A stretch of DNA of 64,000 bases. Origin: Sphyrna mokarran. Lineage: Eukaryota. How positions within the stretch are numbered: position 1 is the stretch's first letter; the number at the start of each line of letters is the position of its first letter. A program made the position numbers and the translations under genes. Of this stretch, positions 52,381-64,000 are shown piece by piece. Location: assembly GCA_024679065.1 (NCBI GenBank), contig JAGIQG010000014.1, positions 76,012,001-76,076,000 of the forward strand, given 5' to 3'. The notes under the pieces are model-generated. The model made no database searches, was not told the DNA's origin, and saw nothing but the letters and a program-made list of their open reading frames with translations.

Positions 52381-54840
52381 ATGAGATATAAAATATATTG
52401 GTTGCTAAAATGCCAATTATTTTATTGTGTATTTTCGTGGAATCTAGTGTTTGAACAGATTCGTTACTCGATTCCTGAAGAACTGCAACTGGGCGCCTTT
52501 GTTGGGAATATCGCAGATGATTTGGGTTTAGATATAAAGCAGCTCTCGGCTCGCAGTTTTCGGATTGTACCCGGGCCCAGGAAACGATATGTGGATATAA
52601 ATTTGAACACTGGCGTTTTATTTGTGAAGGAAAAAATTGACAGGGAACAGATTTGCGGGCCTAGTTTGAGTTGCGTGATATCCTTGGACTGTTTGCTTGA
52701 AAATCCCTTAAAGCTGTATCAGATTGCAGTGGAGATTCTCGACGTGAATGACAATGCCCCCAGTTTTCCAAAGAAGCAAATCCGCCTGGAAATGTCAGAG
52801 TTTTCAACGCCAGGAATGCGTTTTCCCCTCGAATCTGCGCACGATCCGGACATTGGAACAAACTCATTGCAAACCTATGAGCTCCTCCCGAACGATTATT
52901 TCATTCTCGATGTTCAAATGCACAATGGGGATGAAAAATTGCCAGTATTGGTGTTACAGAGTTCCTTGGACAGAGAACTGGAATCCAGCCACATGTTAAC
53001 ATTAATAGCCAAGGACGGCGGGACCCATGTGAGATCCGGCACGGTTCAGGTGTCAGTTATAGTTAACGATGCAAACGACAACGCCCCTGCTTTTTCACAG
53101 TCAGTTTACAGAGTCACCCTATTGGAAACAGCACCTACAGGAACGCAGGTAATCATGTTAAATGCCACTGACTTGGACGATGGTTCTAATGGAAAGATAA
53201 CGTATTCCCTCAGTAGTCATACTTCTGCTGGAGCTCGGGAAATGTTTGATGTGAATTCTAAAACTGGTGAGATCATATTGAAAGGCAAATTGGACTATGA
53301 AGAGAACAAGGCCTTTCAGATTAGTGTACAAGCAATGGACATAGGTGCAATGTCCGGGCACTGTGATGTTTTGGTGGAGATTATTGACGTGAATGATAAT
53401 GCGCCTGAGATCACATTAACGTCATTGTCCAGCACGGTTTCAGAAGATGCTCCAGTTGGAACTGTAGTCGCTCTGTTCAGTGCAGCAGATAAAGATTCGG
53501 GACGAAATGGGCAGCTACGATGTCAAATTTCAAACCAACTCCCCTTTAAACTCGATTCTTCTTTGAAGAATTATTATGAATTATTCCTTCAACATCCACT
53601 GGACCGTGAAAATGTCTCCCAGTATGATGTCACAATAACATGTACGGATGCAGGAAATCCTCCTCTGACATCCAAAAAAACCATTCGGGTAGAGGTTTCA
53701 GATGTAAATGACAATGCCCCACGGTTTACCCAGTCTTTATACACAGCAAGCGTCACGGAGAACAATGTTATTGGTGCTTCTATATTTTCCATTACGGCTT
53801 TCGATCCAGATGTTGGACAGAACGCTCGATTTAAATACTCTATCTTGGAGTCACAAGTTGAGAATGCCTCGGTGTTCACTTATATCTCAATTGACAAGGA
53901 GACTGGGGTCATCTTCGCTCAGAGATCTTTTGACTACGAAAAATTGAAAAACTTTCAGATCAAAGCTCGGGTGGCGGACTCTGGAACTCCACCACTCGCC
54001 AGCAATGTCTCAGTGAATGTTATTATCCTTGATCAAAATGACAATGTTCCAGTGATCGTACACCCATTAGCCGAGTATGGCTCAATGGTAACAGAGACAA
54101 TATCCAGGTTTGCAGAACCAGGCCACTTGGTTGCTAAAGTATCGGCCACTGATGCTGACGCTGGTCAGAACGCACGTCTTTCTTATTCTTTTTTTCATGC
54201 TACGCAGCAAAACCTTTTTACTATTTCACCAGACACTGGGGAAATTTGGACTATCCGGCGTATTGAAAACAAAGATGCTTTGAAGCAAAGGCTGGTAATT
54301 GTGGTAAAAGACAATGGAACACCAGCACTTTCTGCCACAGTGACCATTATCTTAACTGTGGTTGGTGGAGACAGTGAATCATTCTCCAGCGTCAGTGGAT
54401 CGTCTGAAAATCCAGGATTCACTCCTGATTTGAGCCTTTCCTTGGTCATAACATTAGGAGTAATTTCTGGCATTTTTCTAGTTATTTTAGTTATCCTCGC
54501 TGTGAAGGTTCATAAAAGCAGAAATGTTTTGGGAGGTCAGCCCTGTTCCCTGGATGTTTGTTGCTGTTTTGAAACAAGACATTCTATGAATGGAATTGAA
54601 AAGGCCAGTAGAAACCTTCATATGACACCCAACTACGTTGAGGTATTTGGTGGTGATCCACTTTCTCAGAGTTTCCGCTATGAGTCATGTTCAACATTGC
54701 AGTCAACAAAGAGAAATTTCTTAACCACCAACACATGCAGATCTTCAACTGACAAGAATTATCTGTGCAATGCGTCTGTACAGAAAGAACAGCTGGGGAT
54801 GATTAATTCTGAAAACTATATCAACCCTGCCAATACCGAG
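52381..54840 (+). CDS. g9: clustered protocadherin variable exon
   Basis: ORF 52381..54930; GAG|GTGAGG donor at 54840/54841; 1-codon signal-peptide deletion and 2-codon EC3 deletion. Confidence 0.95.
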
Positions 54841-55817
54841 GTGAGGCGCAGTTACAAAGTGAATGATATCGTCACAGAATTTCTTTGGACATACAGAAAG
54901 GTTTGGGGGCAGAAGAATATGTTTATTTAAATAGGATGGAAGTATTACCTTAACTAGGTAATACAGTTCCCCACAATATTTCTATTTCCTGTTAGCATCC
55001 CTTTGTTACTGCTATGTCGAGGGCATCTTACAGGTTACATTTGCATTGTTTTGTTATTATATGTAACTTACTATCAAGACCAGGATAAATTTTGTTCTGG
55101 GAACTCGTGTCATTCGTTCAACCTTTTTAAAACGCCTTACAATTTATTTAAATTGAAGGGAAAGTTGACTTTGTTTCAGACGCTGTAAACGTGTAAATGT
55201 AACTATTTTTGAGAAACTTTTTGCATTCACTGGACCGTGCAAGTCCAGCACACTTTCATTAATATGAGTGCCGTAGTTCCACATTGCTGCTGCAAAGTAT
55301 TTGCTTTATTTCTAGTCGTCAAGTCGCAGTGCATTACTTATTATTTACTAGCATCAGCATGTCCTTCTTTGAATGTCGGACCATTTCAAATTGATTAGTT
55401 AGTTCTATATCATTGTTAAAGATGTCTTTCAGTTGACGTTTAACAGCAAAGCAGAAGCGAGACTGCTCCTGCACTTTTACGGCAGATTGACTAGTTGAAA
55501 TGTGAATTGGTTTGATGACGGAAGTCTGAAGAGATATTCTTCCAATGCCATAGAACCTTATCAGTTTGTGATGAGCCAATACTCTAAAGCATCTTGATAT
55601 TAATTATTTAGAACTGCTATCCTGAGACTATCACAATTAGAATCCAATTGGTTTCTCCGTGCTTGGCTAAAATTCCTGCTATATTGTCAAGAAAGCTATC
55701 CTTCAATTGCATAGATATATGCATGCCAGTGTTCCTCGCAAGTTACCTACATTTGCACATTTAGAGTGTATGCAATGAAGTCAAAACTTAGATTGTATTT
55801 ACATTTACAAAGTTAAA

Positions 55818-56800
55818 GGAGGCTTGTGGCCAGCGCTATCCTGCAGGAATCAGTGCTGGGTCCACTGCTGTTTGTCATTTACATAAAGGATATAAATGAG
55901 AATACAGAAGGCAAGTTTAGTAAATATTGCTGTAGTGAACAGTGAAGAAAGTTATTTAAGACTTAAGTGGAATCTTAATCAATGAACCACTGGGCTGAGG
56001 AATGGTGGATGGAGTTTAATTCAGACAAATGAGAGGTGTTGTATTTTGGTAAGACAAACCAGGGCAGGACTTTCACAGTCAATGTTAGAACCCTGCAGAT
56101 TATTGTCAGAAAGACCTAGAAGTGCAGGTACATACTTCCTGGAAATTGGCATCAGAGGTAGACTGGATGCTGAAGAGGGCATTTGGCACACTTGCTTTCA
56201 TCAGTCAGAGCATTGAGTACAGCAATTGGGACATTATGTTACAACTATACAAAATGCGGTAAGGATACATCTGGAGTGCTGCGCGCATTTCTGGTCGCTC
56301 TGCTACAGGAAGGATGTTGTTAAAATGGAAAGGATGCAAAAAAAATTACAAAGATATTACCGGGACTGGAATGTTTGAATTATAGGGAGTGATGGAATAG
56401 GTTGGGACTTTTTTTCCCTGGAGTGTAGGTGGATGAGGGGTGACCTTTTTGGAGCCTTGTAAAATCGTAGACAACATGAATAGCCAAGGTCTTCTTCCCA
56501 GGGTAGGAGAGTTTCAAACTAGAGGGTATAGGTTCAAAGTGAGAATAGAAAATTAAAAAGGCATGGCGGGGGGGGGGGGGGGGCAGTGTCACATTTTCAC
56601 ACAAAATGGTTTGTGTATTTGGGATGAATTGCCAGAGGAGATTGTAGATGCGGGTACAAATACAACATTTAAAAGACTTTTGGACAAATACATGGGTAGG
56701 AATGGTTTGGGGGGATATGGACCAAACACAAGCAAATGGGATTGGTTCCCTTCTTAGCATGGACGAGTTAGACTGAAAGGCTTGTTTACATACCGTGTAT
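55818..56800 (+). mobile_element. Degenerate CR1 LINE fragment (paralog of 48985-49890)
   Basis: caggaatcagtgctgggtccactgctgtttgtcatttacataa and a CR1 3' UTR. Confidence 0.82.
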
Positions 56801-57367
56801 ATCTGTAAATCTATCACTCTATGACTTCCTGGTATATTCTTCATAGATCCTTTCTCGCATGCCAACATTTCAGGGTGTTTGTAGATTATATCATTTACAC
56901 AAAGAAGCAAAATAATTGCTTCTCTCAGTGACGCCTGTTTCCATCAATACCTTGTCATATCAAAGAAACATGGTGAGTTTTCCAGTGGCATTTAGAAATG
57001 ATACAAATATTGCATTAAGCTATGAATATATTTAATGTGAACTAAATTAAGCTGAGATATATAGGACCTGGTACCAGTAGTAAGAAAAAATGCAATGATC
57101 GCATTTCAACCAATGGGAAGTTCTTAACAACGGGGAAAAGATAGTAATGATGCCAATTGAAAATTGAAAAATACTTGGAAATTAGTGGTTTCGAGTCTTG
57201 AAAACTTATTTTGCAAATTTATTGTATGTCCAGTTCTGGTGTACGGCCTATGGTTTTGATTAAAAGTATTTGTCCTGCCTTAGAATTTGAATGGTGATGA
57301 TATATTGTCTCTCGATTAGTTGTTTTCAAATATCTAACGAATTACATGTATGCTACGCATTAGAACG

Positions 57368-57650
57368 AATCATAGAATCATGGAATCCCTGTACTGCAGG
57401 AGGAGGCCAGTCGGCCATCGATTCTCCACCAGCCACAATCCCATCCAGATCTTGTAACCCTGCTAATCCCCTGAGATTACAGTCAATTTAGCATGGCCAA
57501 TCAACCTAACCAGCAGATCTTTGGACTATGGGAGGAAACCCATGCAAACACGGGGAAAATGCACAAAATCCACACAGACAGTGACCCGAGGCCAGAATTG
57601 AATCCTGGCCCTGTGAAGCAGCAGTGCAAACCGTTGTGCCACTATGCCAC
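57368..57650 (-). mobile_element. V-SINE (paralog of 50450-50740)
   Basis: Tail atcatagaatcatggaatccc, V-domain, head. Confidence 0.8.
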
Positions 57651-58064
57651 CCTCAAAATGAAAGCGTTCCTGAATGCGTCCTTTCAAAGTATTGAGCACC
57701 CAGATGAAATTGACAATAACAAAATATTGAACTTGAGTGTAAGAATAGAGGGTGCTGAATATGCAGTTCTGGATATTCATGCAAGGTTCGAGATAAGAAA
57801 ACTTATTTACTGAATAATCGAGTTTGTGCTACAGAGTACAGAAATTATTTCAGATCCAAAACCACCGGATCTGGTTCAGTGGTTAAAATGACTTGGTGGA
57901 TGCCTGGAAGAGAAGCAGATGATTTTGGAATTGTCAGTGCTATAATGCCCAGTGGTTAATTGCATCGGAGAACAAGGAAATATATTACAGACTTCCTTTG
58001 GTGATAATTAGCAATTCCTTAGCAATAGAAACCATAACGAAATCATCATACTTGGATAATAGAA

Positions 58065-58690
58065 AGATAGAAAATAGGATTATGTCTGATCAATGATTTC
58101 AATACCATATTCCCGTCATCTCTCCATGCCCCTTGATGCCTTAGGATTCCAGAAATCTTTTTCCATCTTAAATATATTCAGCGACTTGGCACCCACAGCC
58201 TTGTGTGGTTGAGAACTCCACAGTTTCACCACCCTCTGAATGAAAACATTTCTTGTCATCTCTGTCCTAACTGGCCTACTCCCAGTCTTGAGACTGTGGC
58301 CCTTTGGTCTATAGACCTCCATTCCATCACATCCTCCCCCGCTTCCCGCGACGAAACTTGGACAGAAAAAAAATCTCCCATGCATCCATTCATGCTACCA
58401 CTGTAAGATTTTAATACGCTTCAATTAGGTCCACTCTCATACTTCTGTATTGCAATGAATACAGGCCCAGTCGACCCAATCTCTTCTCGAACAATGATAC
58501 TTCCTTTCTAAGAATCTGTCTAGTGAATATTTGCTGCACTCCCTCCAGGACACGTATATTATTTCTTCGTTAAGAACAAGACCAAAACTGCATTTCATGA
58601 AGCAGGTGCAGTCTCGCCAAAAGCCAAAACAGCGGAAATAAGACAACATTTCGCCTGTACTCAAGTCCGCCTGCAATGAAGACCAACATG
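58065..58690 (-). mobile_element. Old CR1 LINE 3' fragment
   Basis: ORF 58116..58385 KGHSLKTGSRPVRTEMTRNVFIQRVVKLWSS. Confidence 0.75.
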
Positions 58691-58960
58691 TCGGTTCCTT
58701 TCTCAACTTTTATAAATCGAACTATAAGACTATAAAGTTCAACTAGCGAGACCAATGATCCATGTGACACCGAAGGTTTATTTTCTTGTGTTCTTCCGCC
58801 ATATATTCTATAAACATTATTCTTCAGGTATTTGTTGTTATGCAATTCCAGAGATGTTTTTGACAACGCAATTATACCTAAAGTATTGACAGAAAATCTT
58901 CATTCAATTTTTAATTGTGCAACAATAAGTCTAAATATCTGCAACGATTTCATCCCTTTC

Positions 58961-59160
58961 CGCTTTAAGAAATAAGCGGTGGTGTCATTGGTTGAATTTC
59001 AATGTGTTTCTGTTCACCAATCAGAAGCTCAGCTGTGATTGGGGATCCGGACTGCCCCTTTTACTACCCAGCCACCATCACGCACGATCAGACGCAGTGT
59101 AACATTGGATAGCGAGCAGCTCGGCAGCATTTGTGCACGAATCCACTGGCAATTTTAAAC
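58961..59160 (+). promoter_or_regulatory. Conserved promoter block of g10
   Basis: Same motif series upstream of ATG 59325. Confidence 0.75.
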
Positions 59161-59324
59161 AAAAAATAGAGGATTTTACTGATATAATTCGAGCGATTCC
59201 AAAAACAATCAGGTATTTGCTACATCCCAGTTGTTCCGCGTTTAAAATATACTGATACAACTGTAAAAAGGATAATTGATGGTACGGACACGTTCTGAAA
59301 CAAGGGGAATGTGTTTCACTGGAA

Positions 59325-61784
59325 ATGAGATATAAAATATATTGGTTGCTAAAATGCCAATTATTTTATTGTGTATTCTCCTTGTGGAATCTCGTGTTTG
59401 GACAGATTCGTTACTCGATTCCTGAAGAACTGCAACTGGGTGCCTTTGTTGGGAATATCGCAGATGATTTGGGTTTAGATATAAAGCAGCTCTCGGCTCG
59501 CAGTTTTCGGATTGCACCCGGGCCCAGGAAACAATATGTGGATATAAATTTAGACACCGGCATTTTATTTGTGAAGGAGAAAATTGATAGGGAACAGATT
59601 TGCGGGCCTAGTTCGAGTTGTGTGATATCCTTGGACTGTTTGCTTGAAAATCCCTTAAAGCTGTACCAGGTTACAGTGGAGATTCTCGACGTGAATGACA
59701 ATGCTCCCAGTTTCCCAAAGAAGCAAATCCGCCTGGAAATGTCAGAGTTTTCAACGCCAGGAATGCGCTTTCCCCTCGAATCTGCGCACGATCCGGACAT
59801 TGGAACAAACTCCTTAGAAACCTATGAGCTCCTCGCGAACGATTATTTCATTCTCGATGTGCAAATGCGCAATAGGGTTGAGAAATTGCCAATATTGGTG
59901 TTACAGAGTTCGTTGGACAGAGAAAGGGTATCCAGCCACATGTTAACGTTAATAGCCAAGGACGGAGGAATCCCTGTCAGATCCGGCACGGCTGAGGTTT
60001 TAATCAAAGTGAACGATGCAAACGACAACGCCCCTGTTTTTTCACAGTCAGTTTACAGAGTTACCCTATTGGAAACAGCACCTACAGGAACGCAGGTAAT
60101 CATATTAAATGCCACTGACTTGGACGATGGTTCTAATGGAAAGATAACGTATTCCCTCAGTAGCCATACTTCTGCTGGAGCTCGGGAAATGTTTGATGTG
60201 AATTCTAAAACTGGTGAGATCATATTGAAAGGCAAATTGGACTATGAAGAGAACAAGGCCTTTCAGATTAGTATTCAAGCAATGGACAAGGGTCTACACC
60301 CAATGTCCGGGCACTGTGATGTTCTGGTGGATATTATTGATGTGAATGACAACGCGCCTGAGGTGACGATGAGGACTTTGTCCAGCACAGTTTCAGAAGA
60401 TGCTCCAGTTGGAACTGTAGTCGCTCTGTTCAGTGCAGCAGATAAAGATTCGGGGCGAAATGGGCAAGTGCAATGTCAAATTTCAAATCAACTCCCCTTT
60501 GAATTAAGTTCTTCTTTGAAGAATTATTATGAATTGCTTGTTCAACATCCACTGGATCGTGAAAATGCCTCCCATTTTGACGTCACTATAACATGTACGG
60601 ATGCAGGAAATCCTCCTCTGACATCCAAAAAAACTATTCAGGTAGAGGTTTCAGATATAAATGATAATGCCCCACGGTTTATCCAATCTTCATACACAGC
60701 AAATGTCATGGAAAACAATGTCATTGGCGCTTCTATATTTTCCATTTCAGCTTTTGACCCAGATGTTGATCAGAATGCTCGACTTAAATACTTTGTCCCG
60801 GAGACACAAGTTGAGAATGCCTCGGTGTCCACTTATGTGTCAATTGACACGGAGACTGGGGTCATTATCGGTCAGAGAACGTTCGACTATGAAAAATTGA
60901 AAAACTTTCAGTTCCAAGTTCGTGTCATAGACTCTGGAACCCCACCACTCGCCAGTAATATTTCAGTGAATGTTATTATCCTTGACCAGAATGACAATGT
61001 TCCAGTGATCGTGCACCCATTAGCCGAGTATGGCTCAACGGTAACAGAGACAATATCCAGGTTTGCAGAACCAGGCTATTTGGTTGCTAAAGTATCGGCC
61101 ACTGATGCTGATGCCGGTCAGAACGCTTACCTTTCTTATTCCATTATACAAGCTACCCAGCATAACCTTTTTACTATTTCACCAGACACTGGGGAAATTT
61201 GGACTATCCGTCGTATTGAGAATAAAGATGCCTCGAATCAAAGATTGGTGATTGTGGTAAAAGACAATGGAACTCCATCACTTTCTGCCACAGTGACCAT
61301 CATCTTATCTGTGGTAGGTGGAGACACTAAAATATTCTCCAGCGTCAGTGGATCGACTGAAGGTCCAGGTTTTACTCCTGATCTGAGTCTTTCGTTGGTC
61401 ATAGCATTAGGAGTAATTTCTCTCATTTTTCTGATGATTTTAATTATCCTCGCTGTGAAGGTTCATAAAAGCAGAAATGTTTTGGGCGGTCAACCCTGTT
61501 CCCTGGGCGTTTGTTGCTGTTTTGAAACAAGACACTCTCTGAATGGAATTCAAAAGGCCAGTAGAAATCTTCAGATACCACCCAACTATGTTGAGGTATT
61601 CGGGGGTGATCCACTTTCTCAGAGTTTCCGCTATGAATCATGTTCAACATTGCAGTCAACAAAGAGAGACTTCATTTCCCTCAGGTCATCTACAGACAAG
61701 AATTATGTCCGAAGTGAGCCTATTGGTAAAGAACACCCAGGGTTATTGAATTGTGAAAAATACAGTAGCTCTGTGAACAATGAG
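59325..61784 (+). CDS. g10: clustered protocadherin variable exon
   Basis: ORF 59325..61865; GAG|GTGAGC donor at 61784/61785; distal cytoplasmic part divergent. Confidence 0.95.
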
Positions 61785-62993
61785 GTGAGCTGCTTAAAGA
61801 AAGAAAATACATTGTGCAGTGATGCATTTGGATGTTATGACAAAAGCTGGAAAACTTATAAATGATGAGTGTTTCCTTTAAATATTTAATTTACTTTTTG
61901 TGATGATATATCATTTTCACTTAACATCTGATACCCTGTGTTCTTACCTGACAGCATGTGTTTGCCAGTGCTTTTTCATTATATGTAATTCCTATACATT
62001 GTGACATCGAGTTGATCTAAAGTTCTCTTTTGTGTCTAATTACCTGGGTATTTTCTAAGTAGATATATTTTTATTTGTGTGCTTAGCAAGTTTAGAGACA
62101 ATATTCATTAAAAATTAAATTTTAACTCGCCAGGAATTTGCATGCAACGACGGCAGCAGAATTGGTGTAACAGTGTAAAACAGTTCCATATTAGCTTCAT
62201 TTGCTATGGGTCCAATACAAAAAGGCTTGACGTTTGCTGAGCCTCTAACCGGCATTCCTCTCTCTGCCACCATTTATTCTAAAAACAGCAAATCAATTGG
62301 TCATCTTTATAGTTTCAGGACCCTCCTATAAATAAAAATGTTATTTTCTGTCCACATAAATGCAATTGTTAAGCACCGAAATAATTCCTGGAAAATGCAG
62401 TACTTTAAGAGTTTGTTTGTAATTTGACACAAATGTAGGTCCTTGCAATTACAGCACATTGCACTGTGAGTGATAGCGGGAGCTGTTAGGGAGGTTCCAT
62501 GTATGTTTAGAAGCTGCGTACATTATAAATTCTACCTGGCTTATTTCTTCCCACTGTCCCTTCACCTATACCCCTGCCCGCTGCCGCAGCATATCCATTG
62601 CCAACCACAATCCATCTTGTTCTCGAATCAGTCACTGTAATCATATTTCTCAATCGTTTCTTTTCTCAAACCATCCTATTGTTGAGTCATAACTTGTTGT
62701 CGCTGTGAATCAGTAGATTATACATATTTTGTGCTGCCAAGTGTAAGGTTAAATTCAAATAAATATATTTAGTGGAAAAACAAAATGACGAAATGTAGCA
62801 AATTGTAAGTTTCTATGATAAATAGTGTGCAAAGGAGGCTGTTTTGTTGGGCGGGAGTAAGTATCCCTCGGATATTCACTATAGAACATTTCTCCATGGA
62901 TATTTCAATACAGGGAGCTAAAATCACGGAGGAAAAAAGATAACTGTATTTTTAGTTGCACAACTTTAACAAAATGACTTGTCAAGACATTCT

Positions 62994-63190
62994 AGCTTTA
63001 AGAAGCGATGTGTACAATGATTGGTCGAACGTGAGAGCATGCTGCTAACCAATCAGAATTTGAAAAGTGATTGGAGATCTTGACTGCCCCCTTGCCTGCT
63101 CACCAACCATCACACTCAATCAGAGACAGTGTAAAGCCGAATGGCGAACTGCATCGCATATATGGGTTCTTTGCGGCTACTGAGGATTTT
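62994..63190 (+). promoter_or_regulatory. Divergent but homologous promoter block of g11
   Basis: Keeps GCTTTAAGAA, ATTGG, CCAATCAGAA, GACTGCCCCCTT, CCATCAC and ATCAGAGACAGTGTAA in the same order and similar spacing; the spacers differ. Confidence 0.72.
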
Positions 63191-63362
63191 CAGAAAAGAG
63201 ACTGTTTATTGGAAATAATCTCAGTGAGGCGAAATTCATGAATATATTTTAGACTTTGCAGCTCCTCTTCTCCAAGAAAATGATGTATAAAGGCCTCGAT
63301 TTTAAGGATTGTATGAACAGCGCTGCACAGCGCTGAAGCAATTGGAACGCTTTGTGCTGGCG

Positions 63363-64000
63363 ATGGGATATTATCAAATATATTGGTGGCTAAGTTGGCA
63401 AGTAGTCTGTTGTGTGCCCGTTTTCTGGGCTATAGTTTCTGGACAGATCCGCTATTCGATTCCTGAGGAACTGCAAACAGGCGCCTTTGTTGGAAATATT
63501 GCAAAAGACCTGGGATTACGGACAGAACGGCTCTCTGCTCGGAATTTTCGAGTTGTGCCTGGTCCCCGGAAACAATATTTGCAGGTAAATTTAGACAATG
63601 GGATTTTGTTTGTGAAAGAAAATATTGACAGGGAGAAGCTCTGTGGCTCGGTGCTGGTATGCATGTTATTTTTGGAAGCTGTGATCGAAGACCCATTGAC
63701 CGTATATCACGTCGAAGTGGAGGTCCTCGATGTAAACGACAATGCTCCCAGTTTCCCAAACAGCCAGTTTCGCCTCAAAATCTCTGAGCTTGCTGCACCG
63801 GGAGCGCGCTTCGCCCTAGAGTACGCGCACGATCCGGACGTTGGAACCAACTCCCTGCAAAGCTATCAGCTGGTGGCTAACGAATATTTCACACTAAGTA
63901 TTGATTCGCGCGGTGCGGACGGGAAGTTGCCAGTATTAATGCTGGAACGGCCCTTGGACAGAGAAAAGCAATCGACCCACACGTTAGAGCTGATTGCCAA
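63363..64000 (+). CDS. g11: divergent-subfamily clustered protocadherin variable exon, 3'-truncated by window edge (signal peptide, EC1, most of EC2)
   Basis: My translation from ATG 63363: MGYYQIYWWLSWQVVCCVPVFWAIVSGQIRYSIPEELQTGAFVGNIAKDLGL...IDREKLCGSVLVC...DVNDNAPSF...PLDREKQSTHTLELIA. Open to the window end, so absent from the ORF track (no stop). Confidence 0.93.
   Translation, partial: MGYYQIYWWLSWQVVCCVPVFWAIVSGQIRYSIPEELQTGAFVGNIAKDLGLRTERLSARNFRVVPGPRKQYLQVNLDNGILFVKENIDREKLCGSVLVCMLFLEAVIEDPLTVYHVEVEVLDVNDNAPSFPNSQFRLKISELAAPGARFALEYAHDPDVGTNSLQSYQLVANEYFTLSIDSRGADGKLPVLMLERPLDREKQSTHTLELIA

Larger units (their letters stand above)
1..61784 (+). repeat. Tandem segmental-duplication array of gene + intergenic units
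   Basis: Exons, promoters and intergenic DNA (including TE insertions) recur. ATG-to-ATG spacings: 7024, 8948, 8240, 6443, 9882, 6831, 6944 bp. Confidence 0.92.

Noticed and set aside
56567-56583. Poly-G run
   Set aside because: Homopolymer inside a dead CR1 fragment; length unreliable and no sign of function.
131-61662. Recurrent antisense and alternate-frame ORFs inside the exons (e.g. MDTEAFSTCVSRIEY..., MPEITPNA..., MQNQATWL...)
   Set aside because: They recur only because the host exons are near-identical; short, no independent protein motif. An antisense lncRNA like mammalian Pcdh-alpha cannot be inferred from sequence alone.
1-64000. CRISPR arrays, rRNA, constant exons, recombination signal sequences
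   Set aside because: None seen; the periodicity comes from kb-scale gene duplication.

Overview
Vertebrate genomic DNA, most likely a cartilaginous fish (inferred from shark-type V-domain SINEs and CR1 LINEs). The window is part of a clustered protocadherin (cPcdh) variable region. All genes are on the + strand: one 5'-truncated variable exon at the left edge, eight complete ~2.46-kb variable exons (signal peptide, EC1-EC6, TM, variable cytoplasmic domain, phase-0 GTGAG donor), one promoterless 3'-half pseudo-exon made by a ~5.6-5.9 kb deletion, and the start of a divergent-subfamily exon at the right edge that the ORF track missed. No constant exons are visible. Each intact exon has its own conserved ~200-bp promoter block. 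The array grew by duplication of a two-gene cassette (~14.7 kb), which can be ordered by nested CR1/V-SINE insertions, and the exons show patchwork gene conversion (EC1, EC4, EC6 and a cytoplasmic core near-invariant; EC2/EC3 shuffled). Most notable: a PPxYxxV motif in the cytoplasmic core that one paralog has lost, an 18-codon uORF overlapping every start codon, CTCF-like motifs just downstream of the donor in alternate units, a promoter-core deletion, and a young CR1 LINE whose 3' UTR carries a V-SINE V-domain and a sense splice acceptor. Genes are numbered g1-g11 left to right (g4 is the pseudo-exon). Repeat boundaries were read by eye and are approximate. I found no clearly new biological system; the findings are candidate novel features of a known one.
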